Source of the DNA: Squalus acanthias
Taxonomy: Eukaryota
DNA length: 64,000 nt
Direction: 5' to 3'
NCBI GenBank assembly: GCA_030390025.1
Contig: CM059437.1
Span: forward strand, 25,234,001-25,298,000
The position numbers and the translations under genes are program-made. The notes under the pieces are model-generated. The model did no database searches, was not told the origin of the DNA, and worked only from the letters and a program-made list of their open reading frames with translations. Numbering within the stretch: the first letter of the stretch is position 1; the number at the start of each line of letters is the position of its first letter. Shown piece by piece: positions 13,075 through 51,055 of this stretch.

Positions 13075-14463
13075 AATGACCTTTAAAACTTATGATGATT
13101 CTTTTACCTATGCTAGCCTCCAGTGGTCATCTGTTGTCAAATTGAGTCCCTACTGTGACTGTTTTGGAGGAATCTTTCAGAGACGAAGATGTATGAAGCA
13201 GTGGTATTACATTGCTGGAGGATACTGCGACAAGTATTGAATCTCGGATTTCTAGAGCTTCGGGTCCAGTGTGGAAATAGTCCAGTTTTTAGAAGTGTCT
13301 TTTGTCTTGTGCAAGAGAGAGAGAAAATGGAAAGCTGTCAAATGGGGTTAATCAGTATTAAGTATCTTTTTTCATTTTAGATGCAATAATGTTAAATCAG
13401 ATGCATTTTCATGGTACAAAATGGAAAATTAATTCTCTTAAAATCTGTTTTTTCTTTATAGTGAAATTGTTGCCCTGTTCTGTCTCCATAACACTTCAGC
13501 TGTGTTATGTATCTTGTTTAAAAACTTCAGTTGTGTAAGGGAGGAATTTGTTTTGCAGTTTTTATTGTAGAGGGCTGTATTTTATTTTTGCTGTTGTTGA
13601 CCATACTCCTATCTGTTAACATAGGATGGTTTTGGTATATGAATAATGAACCTTTTGATCTCCAAAAGTGATTGTGTGGTTTTTGAACGCACTTTGGAAT
13701 TTCCTTCGTTTCATCCTGTCTCCTACCTCAAATACAGCACTTTGATCTTTTTCTCTAAACCACAGATATCTTTGTCATAGCATCATGGTGACTCACAGCT
13801 GAGTAATTCTAAGGAAGTTAGCTTTCTTTAATTAGCAAAAAGTAGCTGCTGCACTCGCTGAATTATAAGTTTTAGATTTCAAAAATGAAACTGATGAGTG
13901 ATTAGATGTTCAGCATAATTTGAAGGAGGAATTTCAATCTTGGGATACACAAGAGGATTAGTTAGTAGGAGACTCTCAAATAATTAATGTTATACTTTTT
14001 AAATTGTGATACTTGGGGCAGTTGGCCAGTGAGCTTATTTTTAGCTGTAGCAAATTTGAGACCTAATGTAAGTATACAGTCAACGAATCTCTAAATGGAA
14101 TATAATGTATGAGTTTGCATGGGTTTAAGGAATTGTATGTTGCAAGCTCATTGCACAGTATGTAATGTGTGTTTCTGTAAATAGAGGCTCTGGTATTCTG
14201 TCCTTCACCACCTGACTATCTGACTTTAACGGATGTCACTATTGTAGACAATGGAGATGCCACAGATAATCTGCACACGCAAAGTGTGCTTTTTATTGGC
14301 TGGTGGTGGCTCTTTACTGGCAAATGTTCTGATCTGTGTGTGAGTTTAACCTGTATCCTGCTTTTAACAGAGAGATCAAATTTGAAGTTCATTCATATAG
14401 ATCTATATATGATTTAAGTGTTTTAGCACTATTCACTCATTGGAAGTTCTTAAAGTATACTTC

Positions 14464-15301
14464 GGCCGCGATTTTATTAATGGAGGTGAGTTGAGTGCGG
14501 GACAGCTGGTTTCCGGCTTCCAGTCCCGCACCCAGCTGCATCCGCTCCACAGACTTGACTTGATTTTCCCTTGATTGACCTTGTTAAGCCCGCCAATTAA
14601 CAGGAAGCGGGTCTGATGACGTCATCTGCCGGTTTCCCTGAAGGGACCACGCACAATTTTATTTTGACAGTTGATTTCTCCGTGTTTGACAGCATTGAGG
14701 TGCTGAAAACACTGACAGTCACGGCACAAAGGTGACCTCTTGCACCCAGGCTCTCCAATGATTCCCTCCATAGGCTGGAATAGATGGCAGCTGCAGGTGA
14801 GGTGACAGAAGCAATCTGTCACTGGTGAGAGAGGTTCTCTCAATGAGGTGGCACTGGCCATGGATTTAAAAACTTGTAAGCTAAAGAAATCTATAAATGT
14901 ATTAAAAATGCAGTACCCAACATTTTCTTTGCTCTGAAACTCACCATGTGCAACATTGGATCCTTCGCACCACTTCTGCAGCTGTCCTCATTCCACAAAC
15001 ATTACACCAGACTCACAACACGCCATACTTACCTGGCGTAGTGTCCGGACGTCGGGAAACCCGACCCAGAAGCGGGAAAATCCAAAAACAGCCTGAAAAC
15101 TACTGGCAAGTACCCGTTAATAGACAGGTAATTGCCTTTAATTCGCTTCCCGCCGCTAGGTGTCGGGTCCATTCGCAAATCGGGGACCCGACACTTGGGA
15201 AAGCTGTTTGGAGACGTGTTGACGGCGAGATCTGAACCCGCCGTCAATCAAAATGAATTTAACCTCTGACCCACCCTCTGAGCGCCGGCAAAATCGCGGC
15301 C
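14464..15301 (+). mobile_element. PIF/Harbinger-type MITE (family B)
   Basis: Perfect 12-bp TIR GGCCGCGATTTT/AAAATCGCGGCC, TTC/TTC TSD; degraded Myb start (gcacccaggctctccaatgattccctccat) near 14740. Confidence 0.85.
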
Positions 15302-16586
15302 TTCGACTTGGCTTGGATACGTCCCAGGGTATACACCTTGTTGCCTGGCTACCAAGTATGATTAAGTGGTTATAATGTCACCCACTGGGAAATCATTTCT
15401 GTCCTTGGTTTTCATTGGTATTCCTTCTGTATTTATGGGATTCTGTCCTTTTCCCTGCAGCCCTATTACAAGAAGGTTAATTTTAAAAGTATGCTTTTCA
15501 CTGATTTGGGGATTTCAATTAATTTTAGGCGTAGGCATTTTTCAAAAAGGCTGTAACATTAAGGGAAACTTTATATTTACCTACTCAGTGATGTAAACAT
15601 CATGGAAAATAGCTGTGAACATACGTTAGCTGGGGAATTTACCTTTCTGACATCTGAGGAAGTTGCTATTGATTCTGACCTATTAAAATTACTTTTACAT
15701 CTGATCTGATAACTGTGCTTGTATAAACTTTTATAAAAGTTTATAACTCCTGTTAACTGGTGTTTGGAAAAATCTTTGAATATTAGGTCATCTTTTACTG
15801 TGTTTTAAATAGACAATATTTCTTTTTGTTACTTTGTGCTGAAATTGCATTGTGTGCTGCCCATGGGTGCATTGTATGTTTGCATTTGAAGTAGGCATTA
15901 CTTAGTTATGTGAGCACCAAGTTCATCAAATGTTTTTATAAAATCTGCTCCCTGTCCCAAACAAGCCAGTGTTGGAAAATAACACTGATACCAGCTCAGA
16001 TTAAGTGAAATTAGGGTAGCTATTGCTGTATGAGAAACGAGTTTATATCTTGCATCTGTATTATTGTAATCTAAATGAATTTCCATTCTGATAATGGGAA
16101 TTGCCTATGTAAACTTGTCTTACTGGAATTCTACCTTCCTGCCAGTGATGGTGCAGAAGTGCTTCAGTTTTGTGTCTCCCACCTTCTCCGCCTGTACTGC
16201 AACAAATGCTACATCTTTGTGTCCTAAATTGCTATAGGTTTAGCTATTTATCCATAAATAATATAAAATCTAAGTATTTTGATGCTACGCCACAGGAGAT
16301 TAACTAATGAATCACAAAAAGTAGTGATGCCTGACGAAGATCAAAAGTTTTCAGTACTGATCCAGAATCATCAAGTTTGCAACTTGTGCAAACAGATATT
16401 TTTCAACTTGAAACAAGCACAATCTCTTGTATTTTTGTCACGTCACATTGGATATATCTTTTAATCAGTACCACTATTTCTGATGACTTTTGATGCTCAT
16501 AAATCTTTTAAAGAAAGCATACGTGTGGTTTAGTACCTGTCTGGGGAATTTTCTTGTTTGCTCAGTGATAGCAGTCTTGCTTCTAT

Positions 16587-17397
16587 GGGCTGGATTTTAT
16601 CAATGGGGAGCTTTTGGAGGCGGGACTCCCACTTGTCGGGTTTTAGTCCCGCCTCCATCGACTTGTGACCAACCCACGCTATTTTCCCTTGATTGACCTT
16701 GTTAAGCCCGCCCAGCGGTTACAGGTGACATCAGCGAGTGACGTTTCATCTGTCTTGAGCTTTTGACAGATGAATTGTCATCGTTTGAGAGCTCTGTGAA
16801 GCTGTCAAACACTGACAATCTGTCCTCTAAGTTCAGTCCTGTCACTCAGGCTGAGTTAGAGAGCTCTCCTAAGCAGAAGGCTGCAGCTTCTGACAGTTCA
16901 GCGGCCATTCTGCTTTCTGTGCCGGTGAGCTGAGGGACTCCCGAGAACTGAAGGGAGGAAGCCTGCAGGATGAAGTAAAGGTAAGTAAAACTTATTAAAA
17001 CAGTTTATACACACACCTCACACACTTACCTCTTCACACATGCACCCATCACTCACCTGCACACCAGACATCTCGGTCCTTCGACCCCCGCAGACCGACG
17101 GCCCGCCTCGCTGACCCTGGCGAGGTTCGGAGCCGTCGGGAAGCCCACACTTCAGGGCTCAAAATGGGGATTCTCCAAAAAACTGCCTGTTAACTGCCTG
17201 TTGACGGGCAGTTAATTGGCAGTAATCCCCTTCCTGCCTCGAGGAGACGGGACCCGGTGCGGGTCGGGTACCCGCCTCCTGGGAAGATGGCACGGAGGCG
17301 GGTTGGGCTCGGGATGGGTACCCGCCCCCAGATTCTGCCATTTTCCCGGCAGTCCCGCCTCCAAACCCGTCTTCCCAGGGCTGGCAAGATCGCCCCC
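16587..17397 (+). mobile_element. PIF/Harbinger-type MITE (family B2)
   Basis: gggctggatttt left end, GGAGGCGGG/CCCGCCTCC subterminal repeats, closely similar to 37959-38763. Confidence 0.8.
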
Positions 17398-18980
17398 TTT
17401 GTCACTGAAATATCAAACTTAAAAGGGAAAAATCTAGCATAAAACATTCAGGTCAAGATAGAGTAGGTGGTGACATTTTTGCTGTAGCTCATTTTTACCA
17501 AAACAAAAATCCCAGCGCTGAGACACATTTTCCTGCTGGTGTACAATAATGACAACCGTCAATCCACGAGCAGAATTCTGTATGTGGACAAGTAAAAACA
17601 GAACGGAAAACAATTCTGACCAAGAGTTTTATGTACTTTTATTCCTCTTTCCCTGCTTAGTGCCAACTAATGGTGACAACAATTTTTAAAATGGAGGTAT
17701 GTGAGGAGAGCGTTAAATCCAAAGTATAGCTCCACACAATTTAAAAAAAAAGTAACCATTAATTTTGTCCTATTAAAAGCACCTAGGTTAGAATGGAAGT
17801 TTTAAAACTGGGGTCTGCAGACCTTCAAGGGTCTGAGAGGATCCCAATGTTCCTGAAGAGTCATGCGATTTCTGTATTTTTATGTTGTGCCAGTAAGTCA
17901 AAGGAATGTTATTTCTGCTATTTAGCAACAGAAATGCTAAGTTATGTTTTACTTTCCGTAGCTGACACTTCTTTTGGAAGGGGTGGCTGGGAATGTGCAA
18001 TTTTGCAGGGATTCCCACATAGAAGAGTTTGAAAACTACTCTTATCTTTTCTTTTACTTGTGGCCGCATGGAGTTGGCTGAAGTATTTGTTAGAAGGAAA
18101 GGGAATGTGGACTTGTTCTGAAATAGACTAATTTGTCGCCATCTCCTGCAAGCTTCTTTAACAAATTGTGTACTGCATTTTAAAAATAAATTGCAATTTA
18201 AATAATTACAATATTTACAACAAAATTGAGTCACTTTTTTTACTTTTCAGTATTGCAGAATCATTCAATAATCTTTTCTGACTATTGCTCTTGGCCATTT
18301 ACAAACTGGTAAGTTCAGTAAAAAGCAACATTTCATTGAATCCCACCAGTTGTATCAACTGGCTTAACCTACAGGGTTACTTGAATATTGCTATTTGCAA
18401 TTAAGGCATTGCAAGGCATTGCAGTTTGTTTTTCATGTATGTTAGTTGTCATAAGTGGCAGTAATTCAGTTGAGAACAAATGAAACTTTTTGGTGTAAAG
18501 AAAGTAGAAACCACCAGCCAAGTAAACATTTCCCTAAAATGACAGTTGTGTGGAAATATGTACAGCGTACTGCCCACAATTCTGTTTGTAGAGTTGCATC
18601 ATATCCTGAACGTTTGCAATATTTCTGCAATGCCATGTCCCTGACTTTATAATTTAAAATCCTACCTACTACTTTTGGAAATTCTGGTGCTTTGGATTAA
18701 TAATACTTTGGGAGGAGATGACTGCACCACTGGGTTCTAAAGGAAATTTAAAAATGGCCAAGAGTTTATAATGCTATCTTTAAATGTGTATTTTTTAAAT
18801 GCTGCCTTCTAAAGAGGTGTTTATATATAGATGTTCTCTTGCAGGAGCTGCAAACAGTGTGTATTCTGAATGTTCTGAAAGGGGCTGATCTTTTGTGACT
18901 GGCTGAACTTGTGAGAAAACATATGAGTAGATGACAGATGGCAACTTATCAGATAACCTTTTCTTTTCAGCGTTCTGTAA

Positions 18981-43828
<24,848 letters not shown>

Positions 43829-44461
43829 ATTCTGTGTGCCATTAACCAATGCAGGATCTATTGTTGTTGGTTATATCTTCAGTATGATTAACCACTAGTT
43901 ACAATGGTTTACACAATAATTTGTTTATATCTATTGTCTCTTGAAAATTAGTACTTTAATAATGTTACTACTCTGTTGCATATAATGCTTTAACTGCATT
44001 GTATCATGTTAATTTCCAGCTGCTTATTTCAAATTTAGCCCAACAAAGAAAGCTTTGTTTTACACCAGTCCAGTGCTTCAACATGGATCCGATCAGTCCT
44101 TGGCAATTGCAGATGGTTCAAAAGAAACAACTCTTCTGCAGTATATTGCAAGACTCTGGTGCACTATGGCAATGTGCTACCCTTTTACACTGTCCTTGTT
44201 CATGTGGATTTAGTAGATGTGTATTATCAACAGCTTCAAGTACACAATCCCAACTCATAGTGGGATGAAAAGTAAATTCTTCAGGAGTGTATTTTTTGCT
44301 GGTTTGAATTCAGAGATGATGCACTTATAAAAGAGATGTGGACTACATACCTGTGTCTTGGTCCCAGTGCACCTTGTTTGGAAAATGGCACCCAAGTGTG
44401 CAGAAACAGAGTACTGTGCATGACCAGTGTTTGTTTGAACTGCTTTTTAAATGTTTTTATT

Positions 44462-44845
44462 AATTCTCGGGATGTGGGTGTCCCTGGGAAGGCCGGCATT
44501 TATTGCCATTCCTAGTTGCCCTGAGAAGATGGTGGTGAGCCTCTTCTTGAACCTCTGTAGTGGTTTGCTACAACTGAATGGCTTGTTAGTCCATTTCAGA
44601 GGATTGTAAAGTCAACCACATTGGTGTGGAACTGGACTTGCATATAGGCCAGACCGGGTATGGGCAGCAAGTCTCCTTCCCTAAAGGACATTAGTGAATC
44701 GGTTGGGTTTTTACGACAATCCAAAGCTTTATGGTCACTTACTGATACCAGCTTATTATTTCCAGATTTTGAAAAACTGAATTCAAATTCTCAAACTGCC
44801 ATAATGGGAATTGAACTTGCGTACTCTGGATTATTAGTCTAGGCC
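44462..44845 (-). mobile_element. tRNA-headed SINE, antisense within the presumed STAT3 3'UTR
   Basis: ggatgtgggtgtc...gcatttattgcc...ccttccctaaaggacattagtgaa...ctggattattagt is the reverse complement of the 53867 head/tail. Confidence 0.85.
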
Positions 44846-46509
44846 TCTCGATTACTTGCACTGAATAGAGCTCTGCAGGGATGACGGTTCTGAGACTGGA
44901 CTACAGAGAGCAGGTGTCAATCGCTGTGTTAATCAGCTCTCCTTTCTCTGGCTATTCACCAGTTCCCACAGGGAAGCATGTTGTTATGGTGCACGGGGCA
45001 AGCTGACTGCTCAATTTATTTCCAGAGTCTGCTTAAGTTTCTTGATGAGTAAATGGATATTGTAGTGCGATGCTAAATTTAGCAGGACAGTGGGATGTTA
45101 ATGAGGCTGGTTGTTAGGTAAATAATGAAAAGTTGTTCTCTATGTAGATTAATTGTTTTTATATTAAAAGCATTTTTTTGTTATAACTCTTAAACGAGGT
45201 TCTAAAAGACAAAGCTGCATCCATGTGGTGTATTGCCCCTGAGGAAAGAGCCAATCCAACATTACTAATAAATTTAGAAATGTTTGAAAATGTAAATTGC
45301 ATTAAGCTGCAGGGAATTGTAATATGTCTGTGATTTGTACTTTAAAAAGGTATTGTTGGCATTGTAGAAAGTGAACAATAATGGAAACTGCCTGGGCCAG
45401 AGGTAGAAAATTACAATTCAGTGGAGTGCATTTGGCTAAGGATTTAAGGTCTGCAATCATTCTGTATTTCAATAATGCAGTGTTTATTATTGACAAAAGT
45501 ATATTCAGAGCAATGCTTGGTCTAACAATGGGAATGCATTTTTAAGAATTCTTGATGTTGCTCTAGTGCTTGAGGTTGTTTGAAGTAAATGGAATGTGCA
45601 AGTAAAATGTCAAGTATGACAATGCTAGCAAAGGTTTGTATATATTGGACCATCAAAACCTTTTTTGAAGGTCTGGTGTTTGGGCTGGGGAGGGGAGAGG
45701 ATTAGAAATCCCATTTGAACCCAGGTCTTTTGGCCTAAGTGTTAGAAAAATGGTCGATTCAAGATGAGTTTTTTACTTTTGCCATGTGAAGCTTCTGTGT
45801 GAAGACTGCATTATAGAGTTAACAACTCCAATGGGCTTGCATTGTGCTACCATGTGGATAATGATGAGTTAAACTGTATAATCATGGTTTTCGACATGTA
45901 AGTCAGAAATCCACGATTAAGCCACAACGAAGCAGTTTTTAGTGTACTCTTGTAAATTTTTTTGTACATTATGGGAGAGGGAGGAAAAATTCTACAAGTT
46001 TGAAACAATTTTTTGATGAGGAATTTGAATTTATCACTGTAGGAAAAAGTAAATCTCGAGCAGAGAGCTACAAAGATGTCCAAATTGCATTCTGACTGGT
46101 TTGAGTAACTGAGTAACCTTTTATTACCTCCCATCTCCCTGCTTCAGTATAATGCAGTTCAGTTTCTTCGTGCCGTAAAGCCGACTGTGTACCTCCACTG
46201 TCTTACTCAAAAATGATTGCTTTTCGGAAGTAGGGAAGCATATTTTTAATCCCCTCCATTGTATATGAATGCATGATGTAATGAATTCTAAAACTGGTTG
46301 AATATCACTGTTAAGCTGTAAAACATTCTCTTACAGTGCATCCGATTCTGTTTTAAGCATTTTTAATTAATTTCATTTGTGAAATGTATGGTTTGACTGT
46401 ATTCAAGATGTGTATATGAAAAGTGTGTATAAATGATATAGGCAGCATTCATTTATGCTGTAAATTTTATTGCTGTAATACTGAAAACTATCTCCTTATC
46501 CTTTTACTG

Positions 46510-46570
46510 ATTAAAAGGCCAAGCTTTAACTGTCCAGTTGTGCCGGTGTTTTTTGTTAAGTTAGTGTTTG
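46510..46570 (+). terminator. Candidate STAT3 polyadenylation signal (ATTAAA + GU-rich downstream element)
   Basis: ATTAAA at 46510-46515 with several upstream TGTA motifs and downstream gttgtgccggtgttttttgttaagttagtgtttgt; an alternative AATAAA lies at 45267-45272. Confidence 0.45.
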
Positions 46571-46664
46571 TCAAAATAGTTTTTATATTGCCCTCGGTTG
46601 TGCAGCAAAATCAAAATTGATATTTGCATCACAGCCAACTAAAAATGCATCCTTCAAATATATA

Positions 46665-47260
46665 CAGGAAACTCTTTGGTATCCGGCACCGACGGGACCG
46701 GCGTGGTGCCGGTTGATCAAAAGTTCCGGATAACGGAGAGTTATATCTACCAAGGCTATTTTTAACAAACAAAAATAAAAAAATCAAGAAATGTGCAGTA
46801 TACAGTATTTGGGTACTCACCTACAGAATGTTGTGTTAAATGGATGGTGGAAGATGCTTGATTAAGTACAGTACTGCCAGTTGAGGGTAATCCATAACTC
46901 TAATTACTTAACAGTAAAACAAAACTTACACACAGTAAAATGGCCGATCAGAAGAGACTCCCGGCAGCGCGGGAGAATCAGACTCCTGTTACTGCAGTGT
47001 TCGGACTTCCGACAGCGCCAGGAGGCCGAGTAGTGGCACTTTGGAGAACTACCCCCACTGACTAACTCGGCGTTCGCGATAGACTCGGACTCGGCAACAT
47101 TGCCGGTTATTTGAGAGGAGTTTTCGGAGTACTCGGCGTTCGCGGGAGACTCTGAATCGGCAACATTGCCGGTTATTTGAGAGGAGTTTTCGGAGTATGA
47201 TTTTTGCCGGTTAAGAGAGAATTCCGGATATTTAGGTGCCGGTTAAACAAGAGTTTCCTG
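46665..47260. mobile_element. Tc1/mariner-pogo (Tigger-like) MITE
   Basis: TA|CAGGAAACTCTTTGGTATCCGGCACC ... GGTGCCGGTTAAACAAGAGTTTCCTG|TA; internal 66-bp tandem duplication 47065-47196. Confidence 0.85.
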
Positions 47261-47840
47261 TACATCATTATGTAAAGGAAAAGGAGACTGTGCAATGGTT
47301 TAGGCTTTTTAATTGCTATTTCTGTGTAACAGTTGTATAGAGTCCAAGAACCAGGGCTAAAAACACCCTACTGCCTAATAGAGGGACCACCTTCATATAG
47401 ACAAATTACCTAATTATATTGATTTACACTTGAAACAATTTCAAAAAGCGCAGATATTGGGTAAATAACAAGTTCAAGACAATATTGTAATACCGTATAG
47501 AGTCAAAGCTGCAGTCCACTGCAACGATTACTTCCATGGAATTGCGCTGCTATAGCCTGGTCTACTACGAGCAATCCAAAGTGTTTTAAGTCAGCAGTGC
47601 CATTTGGTTCCATGATGTCTCTCTTCATGTGAATAGTGCAACATTAGACTCCAGTCATGAAGAGTCTTCCAGCTCACACGCTCAAAATAAGAGAACATTC
47701 CGGGCCTATTGACGGTTCTTTTTTAAGGATTCATTTCCTTTTATGGGTGGATTTGCCAATCAAGCTTGGAAAAAAATCAAATATTGAAGTAACAATGCTT
47801 TTTGGTCCTTGACAATATTTCCACAAAACTAAAATACAAT

Positions 47841-48595
47841 GGCCCAGAAATTCGCGTGTCGGGCTTGCGGGGGTAAGGATCACGCGCGCTCTTACCTACC
47901 GCGCCTGCTGTTGTGTTTTGGGCCCACGGGAACTTCAGGGTCCTGGGCCTCTCCCAACTGCCGGCGCGCAGTGCTTGCGTGTTCCAGGGGCGCAGTTAGT
48001 GCGATGCGACCCCTGGGATCACGTGGGCCATGGAGAGCCAATGGCAGCAGACCATCTTTCATTCATAGATTTGACAGGAGATCTGTCAAATCTGTGAATT
48101 GAAATCGGCCCCAAAAGAACAGCTAAACTTTAAATTTTTTTTAAAAAACCATCACATTTATAAAATAACTATAGTTAAATAAATTAACCACTTTAAACAA
48201 AAATTTAAATTTTTGAAAAAATTAAAATACTTTTTAAAAGTTATAAAAATAAACTTACCTTTCTTTAAAGTATCTAAAAAAGATAAACCTGTTGAAAAAA
48301 TTTAAAATTATACTAATTAACCACTTACCTTGTTCAAAAGGGGTCTTACGCCTCTTTTATTAGCGTAGTATCTTCAATACTTACCCTCGAGTAGAAACCT
48401 GAAAAAAAATCTAAGTGTGCTGCGTGCGCGCAGCCTCTAGCGCGCACGCGATTCACCTAGGAACCGCCCCCTTCACCATACCGGAAGTTCCGGTTTCCCG
48501 CGCATGCGCAGTGCATGCAGGAAACCGGCACTTCGGGAAGCAATACGGGGAGTACGGACTGTGTACTCACCCGGGAAGAGCCGAATTTTTGGGCC
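47841..48595. mobile_element. MITE with GC-rich arms and AT-rich core (Harbinger-like TIR)
   Basis: GGCCCAGAAATTCG / CGAATTTTTGGGCC TIRs (1 mismatch), flanks aat/att. Confidence 0.75.
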
Positions 48596-49289
48596 ATTAA
48601 TTAGGACTAATTGCAGATGGTGGAAGGCAGTCTTTAACATACAATAGTAAAGTTTATAGGTGAATCATAAGCTGCTGACACTTTGCAGAATTCACTTGCA
48701 TATGTGGAAAAATCATCCCAAGATGTTTTACTGAGCATGAGTAAAACATGCCAAGCCAAAAGGAGGAGAGATTAGGAAGGCTGACTAAATGTTTGGTCAA
48801 AAAGGTCAACTTTAAGGAGGGCCTTAAAAGAGAGGGATGTGTATGTGTGGAAAGATTGTAGCGGGGAGGGTGGGTGCATTTCCAGAGAGTGGGATCTTTG
48901 TGGTTGAAAGTACAGCCACCCTTGGTGGGGTGCAAGGAAGGGAGAGGAAAGCACTCCCTTCAGAATCCAGAGATTACCAGTTCCAGGATTCTCAGACTCC
49001 TATGAGCCTCTTTTTTGAAAATTCTTCATTGTTTAAGACAAGCCACTAGGTGAAAGTCCTTCTGGTACCGCAAGAGAGTAAATAAACATAATTGTTCCTG
49101 CCTGGAGTCTTTCACCAAAATAACGGATGAACTTGAGATGTCTCTTTAAAAATTAACAGCTATTTTGAATGGATGATGGAGAGGATAAAACATGTTTTTT
49201 TTAAAGCAATGGTGGCCCTAATCAATGTATTTAAAACAAGGTAGCTTTAGGAGAGTTTACTTTCAGTTTAAAGTGCTTCTGCTTTTCCA

Positions 49290-49601
49290 TCATAGAAACA
49301 TAGAATCTAGGAGCAGGAGTAGGCCATTCGGCCCGTCGAGCCTGCTCCACCATTCAATACGATCATGGCTGATCATCCAAATCCAGTACCCTGTCCCTGC
49401 TTTAATCCCCACAGTACACATATCCCACCCTACCCCCGTAACCCCACGTATTTAATTCCCCCTAACATATCCCATCCTATCCCCATAACCCCACATATTT
49501 AATACCCCCCTAACACTAAGGGTCAATTTATCATAGCCAAATCAACCTAACCCGCACATTTTTGGACTGTGGGAGGAAACCGGAGCACCCGGAGGAAACC
49601 C
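49290..49601 (-). mobile_element. HE1/V-SINE-like fragment plus CR1-type tail
   Basis: tttggactgtgggaggaaaccggagcacccggaggaaaccc is the reverse complement of the V-SINE core; related tail at 20312-20403. Confidence 0.75.
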
Positions 49602-50315
49602 TTTCTAAAAGTAAATATTTGCTTCCTTAGGAGATTTTGAAGGGACATTTTATTTTCTGTCTATGTTTAGAATGGGCATTCTCCATTAACATCAGTGACA
49701 TGACTGGTAGCAAGTAGCTCCATAGTCCTATTGTTGACTGGCATTCTTTGTCTCCTGATTGATTATCGGGACAGCATTGAAAATAACAATGTTGCAACAA
49801 CTGTGAGGCACTACAGCTTTAAGTTGACTGTTATCTTTAAATTGACTGTTACCTTTTCTTAACAGTTTAAAATTAAATAATTCGGATGAGACATTAAAGG
49901 GAGGCCCCGTCTGCTCTCTCGGGTGGACGTAAAAGATCCCACTGCACTATTTCGAAGAGGAGCGGGGGAGCTCTCCCCAGTGTCCTGGGACCAATATTTA
50001 TCCCTCAACCAGCATCACTAAAAGAGATTATCTGGTCATTATCACATTGCTGTTTGTGGGAGCTTGCTGTACACAATTTGGTTGCCACATTTCCTATGTT
50101 GTAACAGTAACTGCACTTCAGAGAGTACTTCATTGACTATAGCGCTTTGCAATGCCCTCAAGTCGTGCAAGGCGCTGTACAACTACTTTCCCAGAGCGTA
50201 GAGAGCCTCTCAAATGCGTTGCCAGCTGGTGTGATGAGTACTGACTCAGTACGCCTTCAAGAGAGAGCTGGACCGATTCCTGACTGGGGCAGATATTGCA
50301 TCATATAGAAGCTAA

Positions 50316-51055
50316 GAGCTAGATTTTGTGAATGGAGGCGGGACAGCTGCTTGTCGTGTCAATGTCCCGCCTCCATCCTCGCCTGACCAACCAGAGGAAT
50401 TTTCCCTGATGGAGCCTGTTAAGCCTGCCCTGCGGGCTCAGCAGGCCAATTAGGGAGGAAGTGACTGACAGATCACGTTAACGTCAGACGTGCTATCTGT
50501 CAAGACTTCTTCAAAGAAGAAATGTCAGCGTTTGACAGCTCTGTGAAGCTGTCAAACACTGACATGCTGTTTAGTTTGATGAGTCCTGTGTTCAGGACTC
50601 ATCAAACCTTTCAAATTTGTAAATTTCACATGGCTGTTGGAACAGAGGTTCCAACAGCCAGTCTGTGAAATTGACGAGCAGGATGTCAGCTCTTAAGATC
50701 CACCGCGGCTAAAGGCTGTAGAAAGAAAACAAGGTAAGTGAACACTTTTTTAAACTTAGCACTCACCCTGCATACCTACCACTCCACACTTGCACCCATC
50801 ACTCACCTCTACACCCTACTTCCAGGTGCCCCTGACCGCCACAGACCTCCTCCACGTCTCCTCCAACCCAGCGGGGTTCTCCGAGGTCGGAAAGCTTTCA
50901 CCTGTGAAGGTAAAATGGCACTAATCCTTTTTTCTGCCTGTTAACTACCTGGCAAAAGGGCACGGAGGCGGGATGGGGGCAGCTTTGCCATCCGCCCCCA
51001 CTTTCTCCGAGTTTACCGGCTGTCCCGCCTCCTCGGGGCTTGGAAAATCCAGCCC
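50316..51055 (+). mobile_element. PIF/Harbinger-type MITE nested in a LINE 3' fragment (~50190-51190)
   Basis: gagctagatttt ... aaaatccagccc, flanks taa/caa; LINE-like sequence resumes after the element. Confidence 0.75.

Noticed and set aside
1730-15301. CpG-rich patches as the STAT3 promoter island
   Set aside because: Each patch coincides with a TIR/TSD-bounded repeat present in several copies; the true promoter is probably upstream of the window.
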